A stretch of 64,000 nucleotides of DNA from Chrysomallon squamiferum (Eukaryota > Animalia > Mollusca), in NCBI GenBank assembly GCA_012295275.1, contig CM022675.1, forward strand, positions 17,464,440-17,528,439, given 5' to 3'. Below the pieces are notes generated by a model that was not told the origin of the DNA, ran no database searches, and was given only the letters and a program-made list of their open reading frames with translations. Of this stretch, positions 12,701 to 26,580 are shown piece after piece. Position numbers and translations under genes: made by a program. Numbering within the stretch: the first letter of the stretch is position 1; each line of letters begins with the position of its first letter.

Positions 12701-15700
12701 CAGTTTTGTGAAAAGATTTACCAAGGAATAGATGAAAAAGTGGCAGCAGGTGATAAAACAGAATTTGAGGTATGTATTTAATTTAGTCACAATATTATTT
12801 CTCTGTAGGATATACTTTGAGACTGTAGTGACGTTCAAGGTCTGAGCTGAGTTTTAGTACTGTTGTGAGAAAAAATATGTTGTTAGATCAATACACTTTC
12901 ACTGCATTCCTTTTACAGCCAGTGTTCCTCTGCTGATTTAACAAATTGTTTGTGTTTTCTGTCTATCCATAAAAGATTAATGGCTGTTAATTAATTCTGA
13001 AAGTGGTACCCACTCAGGTCATCATATACAATGTTTGACATTTAATATTTCTTCATAGTAACTTTAGGGTAGCTACTGTTAAAATTCATTCCTTTTAGTG
13101 ACTAAATTCTGATTTAGTGGGTTTTTCAATTGTCTTTACACTAGCAAAAATTAAATCCCACACACAGGGTTTAGGAGATATCACAATGAATATAGTTAGC
13201 TTAGTACAAAAATAAGAATAAATCTTTCTGATTTTTTTTAATACAAGGAAGAAGTATTTAGATCAGAGGGAATACTCCTGAATTATGTCAGAAAGCATCT
13301 GTTTGTATGGATTTATGTTTTTAATTTTCTTAATAATAACAGTACATTTTTAATATTTAAATGTTTTGTTTTACAGGTAACATTTAGTATGCTTGAAATC
13401 TACAATGAACAGGTGCGAGATTTACTCAATACAAAGACAAGACGAGGAGGTCTTCGAGTCAGACAACATCCAAAGGGAGGATTCTATGGTATGTATTAAT
13501 TTATGACATATAAATGGCAAACCAGTGGTTTTATGTGTTACATTGTAAACTTAGTAGTATGTGTTAATTTATAAATATATATTATAAACTTAGTGGTATA
13601 TGTTAATTTATACATATATATTATAAACTTAGTGGTATATGTTAATTTATAACTTGAACATAGTAAACTTAGTGGTACGTGTTAATTTTTAAATATTTAT
13701 AGTAAACTTAGTGGTATGTATTTTATAACATACACTGTAAACACACACATGTGCGCACATGCACACAGACACACACACACACACACACACACATGCACAG
13801 GAACATATTTCTGATGATTGAATACACTAAAATTAAAACTGTTACATGATTTGTAGCTGAGAATCTGAAAATAGTGCCTGTGAGGAGCTATAAGGACATT
13901 GAAAGTAAAATAGAAGAAGGAACTTTAAACAGAACTGTTGCCTCAACTAACATGAATGCAACAAGCAGGTAACATTATTTACTGTTTACATCATTCTGTG
14001 GTATATTTTTTACATCAGTTGGGTTGTTCTTTATTCATGTTTATTATCATCACCATCATTGTTATTGCTTTCATTTTTGTTGTTATTATTAGTAGTAATA
14101 ATTGTAATATCATAATTAATTAATTAATTTTCATAGATTTCAAATTAATTGTAATTCAGTTTGATAAAATTAATTTGATTTGAAAAAAAAAGGCATACCT
14201 TTTTTATTTTCATTTGTTAATAAACTTAATAGGGCAATCTTTTATTATTACCTTTATTATTATAACCTTCAACTATTTTACTGACATGACCAATGTTATC
14301 TAATTTTTTTAGAACTGTATTAAAGAATGTATTTATTTAGATTTGTTATTTATAAATATAGATTTATTACTAAAGATATTATAAACTATATTTCTTAATG
14401 TATAGGTCATATTTACATATAGCCCTGCATTATACTCATTTGCATATAATCAACAATATATAGATTTACTATTGATATAAATTGTTAGCAATGTGAATCA
14501 TAATTTTCAAGCAGCTCAGTATGATGGTTAGAATTTCTAAAGACCATTCAGATATATTACAATAGTCACTGTGCCAACAAGTCAGTCAGTGGTAACACAT
14601 TCTCACACTGACTGTTTGACTCACAGAGTTCTGCGTATGGTTGTGTACACTGTTGTATGGCTGTCATGACTTCAGCCAAATATTGTGATGTGATGGTTGT
14701 ACTCTGTGAAAGTAGTTGTTCATCAAATGAGGCAGACTGCATTTCTGTCTTATACAGACAATATTTGATTTACCTGTCCTAAGGTATAAATAAATTAGCA
14801 GATGTTATTTCATAATTCTGTCAAGAACTAAGAACAGTACTTTCTACTCTGGCTTCTTTTGTGTAAATTGTAAAAGATATTAATTTAGTATATAACACGT
14901 TTTTAACAGAATAGTCCATTTCAATTTTTATTATTGATTTTGTATTCATAAAAATAATGTTCATATGTACACATTGTGAATATGTGTTTTTCTTTTTGTT
15001 TGTGTATGTGTGGGTATATATGTGATACTACTTTTACATTTAACTTTTATCTATTATAATAGCTGTATATATCTGTTGTGTATGTACCAAACACACACAC
15101 ACATTTCCAAATCTGTGTGTTTGCATATTTACCTTAAGAATATAATGTTATAGTCATGTAGAGAATATATAATAGTGTACTTTCAAACAAGCTTTTTGTA
15201 AATTAATTTAATATAAAATTTGCAACACAGTTACAGATAGTAAAGCAGTAGGTGCTTTGTTTGGGTAATTACTATATTAATTAAATCAGCGAAGCATGCT
15301 TTTCACAGGCATAACTTATGAACTCAGCAGAGACAAACTTTTTATTATTATTTTTATTTGCCAATATTATCTCTCTCTGTAAAGTCAGTTTTAAATAAAA
15401 CATACATGTAATTATGGATCTGGGGTTAGTTTGACTACATATTTCTGTGTTGATGAATAGATTATATACACCAAATTTGGTTACTCCACACCACAGGTAT
15501 TATCTACTTGGATATCAGTTCATTATGAGCTATGTTGTTATTGATTACTATCAGTAAGTCATCAGTCAGTAATTGTTTCTGGGGTATAATACCAACAACA
15601 GAAACACAATATATAAGTCTTTGTTAATTATTTTTCAGTTCTGTATGGGCAGAGACATGTTTGCATATATTGATGTTAAGTGAATGTTATACAAGAAGTT

Positions 15701-18700
15701 AATTATATTACACACTCATGAAAAACTTTATACACATGACATATTGTTCCTTACTAGTCATTTTATATGGAGAAAAGAAATCACAGAAAAGAGAAATTAC
15801 ACACACACATGAACATCAAAACACAAAAAAACAATATAATTTCTTCACAACAAAAAGATAAGAAAAAAAAGGTCCATTAGGATTCTTATTAATACTTTAT
15901 TTATCCTGTTTTAATCTATCTAATTACTGTAAATAAAAACTAATGATATAAAATTAAGTGTGCACTGGTAAAAATAAAACATTGTTATCCATTACATTTT
16001 TTATGGATTAAAATCACAGGTTTGAACTTGGTTTGCAGTGTTTGATAACCTCCCCCACCAACTACATATGACATCATCAGTGCTTCCCATAACTTCTCCA
16101 TCCATCAATAGACATAAATGTAACAGCTTCTCAAAGGCTACAATATATGGTAATGAAATATTTAACCAATGAATATTTAGTCACTTAGATTATTGTCTGG
16201 CAAAATTAATTATGAATTTTGGTATTCTTATATGAAATAGGAATTCAGATTTTGTCATCCACAAAATGGTTTTATCAATTATCTGCAAAATTACTGTTTA
16301 CTGTTCATCTTTCTACATATGATAAAACTATACACAACTAATGTAACATAGTAGTTATATAAGATACAGTTCAGTAATATGTTTTAATTGCAGTTTTATA
16401 CACATATACAGTTTACTTCCAAACAGAAAATATATCTGGATTATTTTTGCCTTATGTAACACTGAGTTGGTATTGTACCTGTAGACTAGTTGTTGTTTAC
16501 TAGTTTCTAGTATTATATGCTTAGTTATCATTAGAGAGCTACAACCTTAAATTATTTCAGATTATTCTAAAATCCAAATTAAATATGAACACTGTCTTTA
16601 TGGATTTACCATTGTTACATTTGGTTTCAAAAGGGTTTTTGTTGTATTTAATTACGAGGACTCAAAATTGACTTCTTGTTAATAAAGAATATCTTGGTTT
16701 AAAAATAATCATACATCCATTCTAAACCTAAAACTAATCCTTAACCTAATTCTAAATCTGAAAATTATTCTAAAACTAACACCATGACTATAAATCTGAA
16801 ACTTACTCAAAAACTAACTCCAACAATTAGAATGTTATCTCAAACCTGAAACTAATTATAAAACTAAACCAAGTCTAGATGGTAAAATGGTTGGATTTCA
16901 AAAATGAGACACATCATCATTGTCAGATAAAATTCATGTAAAAACAGTCTAGCTTTTAATAATCTTATATCAAGTATGGAAAAAAAGATAAGACAATTAA
17001 ACAATTAATGATAACTTTAAAATAGAATCCTCCAAAGAGTGTAGATGGCCATGTATCAATTTTACAGTCTGTTAGGAATCATGAACTAAACAAAAACCTT
17101 AGCTAAGTTTTTTTAGACATTTGTAAGGCTTAAAATCCTCTAGAAGGCTTTTCAAATATGCCTGATAATCTGGAATATGTTTCAGGTCTATAATAAGTCA
17201 AGGCCATGCATGGAAGTCAAGGTCATTTTTGACTGGTTTCAAGTTGATTGGAGGTCAGATATGCAGGAAGGTCATGATAAACATTCAGTAAAATCTAATT
17301 ATAACAATTGTATAATGTTACAGGTTTGATTAATTACAGCATAATATTAGAATTCAGAGTAAAAACACCAAGGAGGGACATGTATATATAGATACAGAAG
17401 TTCAGGTTTATGATCAAATTCTGAATACAAATATGCAGATAGAAGTAATTATCAACAGTAAATTGTACTGCATTTCAGACAACCTATTTAATTTTTTCCT
17501 GAAACATCTACAGAAGATACATAGGCAACACCCAGATTAACATTAAATTTAGGTGAAGAAAAAATGTTTAAAGGTTAGATTCTTTAAACATATGTATACA
17601 ACACATATCATGGAACAGGCCATGTTGTTGATAGTGTCGTCCTTGTCCATCTTCCTGAAACAGTCATACACCTTCTTTATATTCATCTGCTATCATCCTG
17701 CCATAAAGGTTGCTGCAATCAGAATTGTGGAAGTTTCATGAGCACTCATCCTTGCAAAATGTTTTTCAACCATAGTTGATCGGTTCCAAAATTACAGCTA
17801 CTGCTGGATTGTAGACACTGACTGGGACATACTCATCCCTGACAAGCATCCACTCATTTTTTCTCTGAGGGCAGTAGGCACAGAAAAGATGTCGTATAGC
17901 TTTTGTTCCCCATAGCCACAGAGTTGGTTCATAAGACATGGGACATCAGAGTCACTCTGGTTTGAGGAAACTTCTTGGATAGCTCATTGTCACCCAGCTC
18001 ATGATTGACAGCACCAGTCAACAATGATGTGTTCATCATTGTATGGTTTCACCATCCAATCCTTTCTCATCCAGGTGTGTCCTCCTTCACAGCTTCTGGA
18101 ATCAGTTCTTTGATGACATGATGCTTTTCAGTGGTGCACCAACTTTGGGCATCCAATTTTTATGGAATTAAATCTCAGTCTACACTAAAAAGTTAACCAT
18201 TTATAATTAATAAATGATATCAACATAATAATAATAATGATAAAAAAAACCTTTAGAATTCATTCAAAAGCACCACAACACACATTTATTTATTACTACT
18301 ATTTCTAACTGAAGTAACATTTCTTTAATATACATATATTATTTGTAAAAAAAAATTGACTCTTCAGATATTGTGAAACAGTGTAATCTTTAATTTGTAA
18401 TGATGTTTTCTATTTCTAGTTATTAATAATGAGTTATCTTATTTGTTGATTTTGTTGTTGTTGTTATTGTTATTATTACTGTTAATGATTAAGATTGATT
18501 TATGTTTAATACCACATAGTGGTTTCTTTTCAGGATGTGCATACCAAGCAATGACAATAACATCATGATATTACACCATTTGCTGTCTGACAAAAGTTCA
18601 TTAGAGTGTTATCTAATAATATTATTTATTTCAAAAAGAAATAATTTTAATTGGAAATTACTTTTGAATTCATTATTAAACTGTACATAAATTCTTTAAA

Positions 18701-21132
18701 AATTAAATTATATTTTTCTCCTTATTATTCTATTTTATTGTCACTATTATGCCAGACTAAAATGAAATATTTATTTTTAGTCGAGCTCACACTATTGTAG
18801 GGATCACACTTGTACAGAAGTTTATCAATGCAGCTGGGGAAGAAACAACCAAATCTGCAGTGATCAACCTTGTAGACTTGGCTGGCAGGTAAGTGGGAAA
18901 GTTTAAATGAAAACTGTTGCTAAATATTGGTATCATATGTTAATAAAAAATTTTTTTAATAATATCTTTAAAATGTTTGTTGTCACAATGTGAAGCAGTT
19001 TAACAAATATTATTTTAATAATAATACTTTATAAGTAAATAAATAATAAATAAAAAAACCTTTCAGAAATACAGTACTGTTTTTATATGTTTTTGCCTTT
19101 GTCAGACCACTAAAGTAGGCTAGAATGATGAAGATGTTGACTAGAATGTTGTCTGTGCATAATAATGCTGGAAATTATAATTAAGATGAAAAAATGAATA
19201 AAATAACAAATGGATAGTAATTACCAAAGATAAATAATTTTATCTAACACACTTAATCACAGTGAAACTGATATAATACAACCTTTACAGATGTTGACAC
19301 TCAGACATTCTAATTGTAATCTTTATCATATGATTACTGAACATCAGTTTACAGAATATGGGAACAAATGCTACACAAAGTATTCACTGAACATTTCATT
19401 ACATTAACTTATCTTAATTTTTACTAACACATTCAAATATATATTCATATTAAATAATAAAGTAAGTTTAATATTTCTGATTATGCACAGTAGCCTTGGT
19501 GTTTGGCTTCACTGTTACTTTAAAGTATATCTGTGGAACAATAAAATAATGGCTTAAATACTTTGTTACTACATCTATCTCCATTATTTAGTTGTTAATT
19601 TTGGATCTGGCATCCAATCTCTGCTAATAAAACATTGCAACTATGAATTTTTTTTTATTTTTTTTTGCCAGATTTTAGTTGAAATAATGTTACTCATTTA
19701 CTGCATATTAAGAAATGTGTGTGTGTGTGTGAAAAACTCTTTACACATAACATATTGTTCCTGACTAGTCATTTTATCTGGAGAAAAGAAACCACAGAAA
19801 AGAGACATTACACATACACATGGGCATCAAAACACTAAAAACAATATAATTTAGTGTGTGTGTGTGTGTGGGTGGGTTGTTTGTTTGTTTGTTTATATAT
19901 TTCCTCAAAGCCTCCTGGGATTAATAAATCACAAATGAAGACTGAAGTAATACAAACAAAAAAAACTGAAAAAATATTTAATAAAGGTATTTTCATGTAT
20001 CAAAGCCAAATACAAAATGAAGAAACTTAGAATACACCAGTGGCATCATAATGTAGGCAACAGAAATTCAGCCGACACTTTTAAAAATCACATTGTGTCA
20101 TTTGCAGTGACTGTTTCTCAAGGAAATATTTATAAAATGTGATGTGAAGGCAGAGGTATCATTTGACTAAAAATGCTGTACCAACTGTTAAAAACATTGA
20201 TCTCTGAGAAAAATAAAAGGTAAATAAAAGGTCACCTTTACAACAATTTGTTGTTGACAGGTTTGCCCATTCCTGTTTTCACTAACATTTACCTCTTCAA
20301 ATTAAGAAGAATCAGTGAAGTTGCTGTTGCTTTTCATATTTATGAAATTTGATTTCAAGAGCACTAGAAAAAACATGTAGAAAGCATACCTATATCACAT
20401 CACATCTTAGCTACAAATCTAATGGGCATGAATAAAATTGCTAGATTTGATTAGCATAGTTTGGCTGTCAGGTGCAAATGCAACAGTAAGAGGGAAGTAC
20501 ATGCATAGATAATACATAGATAATATATTATAGTTCATTAGTTTCATTTGCATTCAGTGAGACAACTGAAAGTGCTCTTTGTGTATATGTTAATAAAATA
20601 GTATATTCTTATTTTTAAATGGTATTTCCATGCAATGGTAAAGAAGTGAGATTGTGTATGTATATTTAAGTTAATCTAAACATCTGGTTAATTTGGTTAA
20701 TTTACAATGTTATATTTTACACAGTGAGAGAGCTGAAAGTACTGGTGCCACAGGAGACAGACTGAAGGAAGGTGCTGCAATCAACCAGTCACTGTCATGT
20801 CTAGGCAACTGCATTGCTGCATTGGCAGAGAAGAGCAGTGGAAAGAACATCAGAGTACCTTATCGCGATTCCGTACTCACAAAATTACTGAAAAATGCAC
20901 TTGGAGGCAACAGCAAAACTATCATGGTGTGTAAAAAGAAATTTTCTCCATTTTCTGGAATAACTGGCATTAGGTTGTAAACAAACTAAAAAAATGAAAA
21001 AACATATTTAATGATGCCATGATTAAAATGTAAGTTTAAATCAGTTTTGAGTTATCAGAGCTGGATGTATACATTATATGTCTAATTATAAATTAAAATT
21101 ATTTTATATTTTATATATTTATATATACATAC

Positions 21133-21187
<55 letters not shown>

Positions 21188-24100
21188 TTTTAGTTTCAAT
21201 TTTATCATTAATGTTAATTTCTAAATAATTAAACTATTTTTAGATAGCTGCTGTGAGCCCAGCTGATATCAATTATGATGAGTCACTTTCAACTCTTCGA
21301 TATGGTAAGAATATGAAAACAGCCTACTGAACTTACAAGATGCATAACCTTTTCTACTTAGTTTAATTATATCCTGTACCTTGATCAAATTAATTTTTTA
21401 ATTTAAAGAACATGACAGGTCAGGTGTTTTTTGCATGTTACACATAATTAACCATTAAACAAGATGTAAGATATATTTGTATCCAGTCTAATCATACAGT
21501 ATCTGCAGGTAATGAAAGCATAATTATTTTAATTATTATAATTATTATTATTATTGACTGATGCATTTTCATAGAGTAATAAAGGTGTATGATTATTTTA
21601 AAATTATGTTGCTCCAAAATTATTTTGTTGAACAGGAGTTCATTTTTATATTTTACTCAACAGAAAGAAAAAAAAATGGTAGTTCTGTCCATAAAACTAT
21701 ATGATGTTTTATTTTATTAAAAATCTGATTTTGTATATTTAGCTGATCGAGCCAAGCAGATTAAGACAACAGCAACAATTAATGAAGACCCGACAGAGAA
21801 GTTGATACGAGAACTGCAGGAAGAGAATGAAAAGCTGAAGGCCATGCTTGGTAGTGGTAATATGACTCTAATGAAAGATGATGACGAAGAACTCACAGAC
21901 GAAGGTAATTAACATGCTATGTATCTTATAAATTAACATTACCTAAAATAATTTTTTCTATCTGAAAGCTAATATATACAAGATATAAATTATATTTACT
22001 TCATAAAGTACTTGCAGTGTAAGAATCATGAAAATTTGCATGAAACAGAAGTGCAATTAAGCAGTTTTGCAAGGATTGCTTGTTTGGAACAAAAAACATG
22101 TAATAATCAGGATAAATCCTGTGCAGTGTTCACAATAAAAGGCCAGACTTTTAGTTGTAGATATTTGCCACTATGAAACCTTCAGAAATCCAGAAGTCAG
22201 AACACCACCATTTGTCAACTGTTTGATGCAGTTTTATCATACCAAGTCTATGTGAAAATTAGATGGTGAGTAATAGGGATGCTTGAATCTGGAACTATAT
22301 ATCAATTCATTGACCACAGAAACACCATATGGCATTTTAGCAATGATATCAACAAAGCAATCAGATCAGTCCCTTCACATATCTAGACATCAACTAAATA
22401 TGTCTAGGATGAAATGGAATGACACTTGCAGCATTTGTCAAATCTTCAACAATACTGAAGGAATTCTTGTTTATCATTCCTCAGAAATGGAATGACATTC
22501 CCAGGAACATAATGGCCTCAATGAGATGATACATGTACCAATACTGATGTATGAACTTTGCTCTAGAACCCCTCTATTGTTTTGGCTCATTTGCTTATGG
22601 TAGGTGCACAATATTCATGGACTATTGCTCATTTCCATACCTTTGGACATTTTTCTTTCCTTGTTATTATGTTTCACACATGACAGTGAAATCTTATCAT
22701 CAGTTATCGTTGTCTTATGTTGTGTCACAATACTTTTTGTCTTTTTGTATATATTACAATCTAGAAGCCAAAAAAAACTTGAAATTTAACAGAACAACAT
22801 TTATCTGAAACAAATACCTGAAATGTAATAAAATATTATATACATGAAACATTTGAAACCCAAATACTTGAAATGTGATAGACCAACAGTTACATGGAAC
22901 ATTCAAAACACAAATACCTGAAATTTAACAGAACATTATTTACCTGGAACACTGGAAAAACAAACAACTGGAAGGTAATAAAACATATTATATTCCTTGA
23001 ACACTGGAAACAGAATTACCTGAAACATAATAAAACATTATTTACTTGGAACATTTTGTAACACAAAATACCTGAAATGTAAGAAAGATGTTTATCTGAG
23101 GACTATTAGACACATCCATTAGCTGTAATAAAAGAAACATAAGAAAACAGGAATTAATTAAACAGGTAAAAGGTAATTTAATAAATATTTGTTCAGATTA
23201 AAACTATTGTATTATTCTTGTGAAAATTCTTTGTAAAGTCTTTATTTTCTTTCTAATGTTTTATGAATATTTCCTGCTGAAATAAGAAAATATTAACAAT
23301 TATACAAATAATTTTTGTACTTTTGCTTTTTCATTACTTCATTTTCATTATGAAGATACTAACAATGTCGGAAATTTAAGTTAATTATTAAATGTATAAC
23401 TTGACACTTAGTATTTGTTATGACCAAAGGCTCTTTCTTTTTCAGAGATCCTGAAAATAGAGTAAGGTTTTTTGATTGTTTTTATTTTTAATATCCTACA
23501 TGTTACCTGTAGAAATTGCCAAGCTGAAGGCAGAACTAGAGGAAGAATACCAGAGTCGACTGGAAGCTAATGAGAAGGAAAGACTGGAAATGCAGAAAAC
23601 ATTTGAAGAACGACTCAAAGAAGCTCAAGCACAGGGAGTGAGTGTTTATTATATCATTACAGATAATGAGTTATTTTTCTTAATGATACATGTGTTAATA
23701 ATTGTAAAAGTGTATTAATAATTTAACAGTGGACACTTATCATCTCCATTACATGGAATTCTAAAAAAAATTAAGTAACTATAATCTAACAGTTAAGTAA
23801 TAGTTAGTATTGATATTTATATTACATTATTAGTAAAAAAAAAATATTATTTCTTTATTCATGAAATTTAACAGATTAATTTTGTTCTCTCCAACTCCAC
23901 AATGCTCAAGGATTTAACTGAACATAGGTAAATAGTTTAGTTTAATTATACCTGGGTTTTGATAAAAAAAAACTTTTGTGTTCATCTCAACAGGTATTAT
24001 TTATTCAATATTATTAGAACTTACTATGAATGGGTCTTTTTAGGGTGTTGGTTTAGCTAGCATATCAGAAATAGCAGAGAAGAAGAAGACTGTGCCACAT

Positions 24101-26545
24101 ATTTACAATCTTAACATGGATCCTATGTTAACTGGACACATTGTTCTTTTCCTGGAAAAACCAGAAGTGAAATTTGGCAAAGGAGATGACTGTGACATCC
24201 ACATTAAAGGACCAAGGTTAGCATAAAATTAAAGCCGTTTAGTATAAACAGCTTTGTGTTAAATGTTAATACTTCCATAAATGTAATTAAATTATCATTA
24301 GAACAATATTACCGATGATAATGATAACCATAAATATGATGAGATAATAATGGTTATTTAGATTCTTTTTAAAATTCCTATTGGTAATAAACAGGAAAAT
24401 AAATTTTGTGTTTCAGCATCGCTGAGCATCATGGTCATTTTGTGAAGGAAGGTGACACATACACTGTAGAGCCTGCTGAAGCCACACTGAGGATCATGCG
24501 TAATGGTAAAGCTGTTATACAGAAAATTCCTCTTAATCACAATGACAGGTAAATTTATTACTTATGTCAGTTTTACTTTTATTGCCTGATGATTGAAGAT
24601 GTATATAATGCATAAAAAAGATCAAACCAAAAATTATCTGAGATAGACATGTACATCTTTTAACACTAAAATGTATGCCTCTAAACTGAGCACTTCATGT
24701 AAATCTTACCTCTGAAATCCTGATAATCAAACCAATACTTTTTGGTATGGCACCACAACATATTTCAAATATCATTCCAGCCAGTTTGCTTCCAGTTAGT
24801 GTTGATAACTTGTCAGTATACATTTAAAAGACCAGCTTAGATATAAAATGAATTATTGTAAAAATGCATTGTATTGTAATTTTGATTACCATAAGCTGAG
24901 TTCAGGTTCGAGTTTAGGTCTTTTTTTATTAATTTTTGATTATGATTTAAGGTCTGTATGTTCCTCAACAAATATAAATCAAAACAACAATGAATTTAGT
25001 TAAGTCTTTCTACTGTGTGAATTTATTCTTTTAAAAAACATTTATTTAGCAAATAAAGAGTAATCCAAAAAATATTGCTTGCATCTAGTTGAACACATGT
25101 TGGTATTATTTCATTTTCATATCCACAAGGACTAATTACTTGATAATGGAAGTGACACCAAATCTGAAAAAGCAATATCTGTTCCAGAAAACACTTTATC
25201 TTAATTGGAAGTTTTCAACATTCTTCAAATGTAAAGGATTTTGCAATATAGATAGATGTACTACTGATGTGAAAAATGACAAAAATGGATTTTTCACAAC
25301 ATACACTGATTGGTAGTTTGTTGATATATTGATGCATTTCTTGTTCAAAATTATTCTAGTGTTCATAAATTTTTATTTTTTTAAATGCTCCTAAATACAC
25401 TATTTGCTGAATATATCATCTTGTTGTTTTTGAATATCTTGTATTTCCTATTCTTTGGAAAATAGAAGGTATTTGTGTCAATGCATTATGACAGATATAT
25501 TTTAATAATCTCTTTTATTGATTTCAGACTCATATTTGGAAGTACACAGTACTTTGTGTTTGTTAATCCTGCACAACAAGACAAATCAAAAGACAAATTT
25601 CCAGAAATCACATTTGAATATGCTCAGGAAGAAATAGCAAAAAAATCAGGGTTTGATTTTGAAAACAAAACAAGAGGTAAATAAATTAAGTTAGGAATTT
25701 AATTATGTGTGACAATATTAACATTTTTCATGGGTTTTTTTGTTGTTGTTGTTATTGTTCTGGGTTCTTTTGGTTTTTCTTTTCAAATTTTAACAGTATG
25801 TATGAATGATCTTCAAAAACATTATCTGTTCTTCCAAGTTATTGCTTTTGTTGTATGACCAGCCATTACAGTTATTCTCTAACAAAACATTGTACTCTTT
25901 TATGATTATGATCATATGACAAGTGTATCTATTATGATGAAACCTGATCTACCCTTATGTGATGTTACAATTACAGAAAACAGCCATAACACCAAAGATT
26001 TTTATATGTACTCTTTTGTTGTGGCACTTTCTTATTAACATTGGAAAACAAATAACCTAAAGCATAATTTGGATATATGCAGACTACATAATTCTCATAA
26101 TATTTGCTATAAATTCAAAAGAATCATTTTTATTAATATTTTCATATTTTCAAGGGTCATATCTGATATTTTTTGTCTTTAATGAAATATCTTTTAAAAC
26201 TACACTGGTGATGTTTTTAAATTTTAGATGATGCTTTACTACAGGAGGACATTATGGAGATACTTCCAGCAGTGGAAGAAGCTAATTCCATCAGTGAAGA
26301 GCTGGACAAAAAAATGAAGTTCGAGATAATGATTGTTTCTCCTGAAGCAAGAGGAGAACTGAAGGGTCGTACAGAGGTAATATTTGGATCAAGATGTTGG
26401 TGATGATAGTAATGTTAATTAAGATAATTTATCTGCGGCTTGTCTCTTTGAATTGTGAAAAATAATTCATGACATCTGACAACTGGGCTAAGAATTTAAC
26501 ATATTCACATTTCAAAATACATTCTTTTATGTTTTCCAGCTTTTG

Positions 26546-26580
<35 letters not shown>

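Noticed and set aside
16720-16872. Interstitial telomere
   Set aside because: Too degenerate, with no run of perfect TTAGGG units. It is more likely an internal repeat of an old non-autonomous element.
23446-23461. Micro-exon with good acceptor and donor upstream of kinesin exon 11
   Set aside because: It is 16 nt, would shift the frame and would leave a 51-nt intron. The gene joins cleanly without it. A poison-exon role cannot be shown without RNA data.
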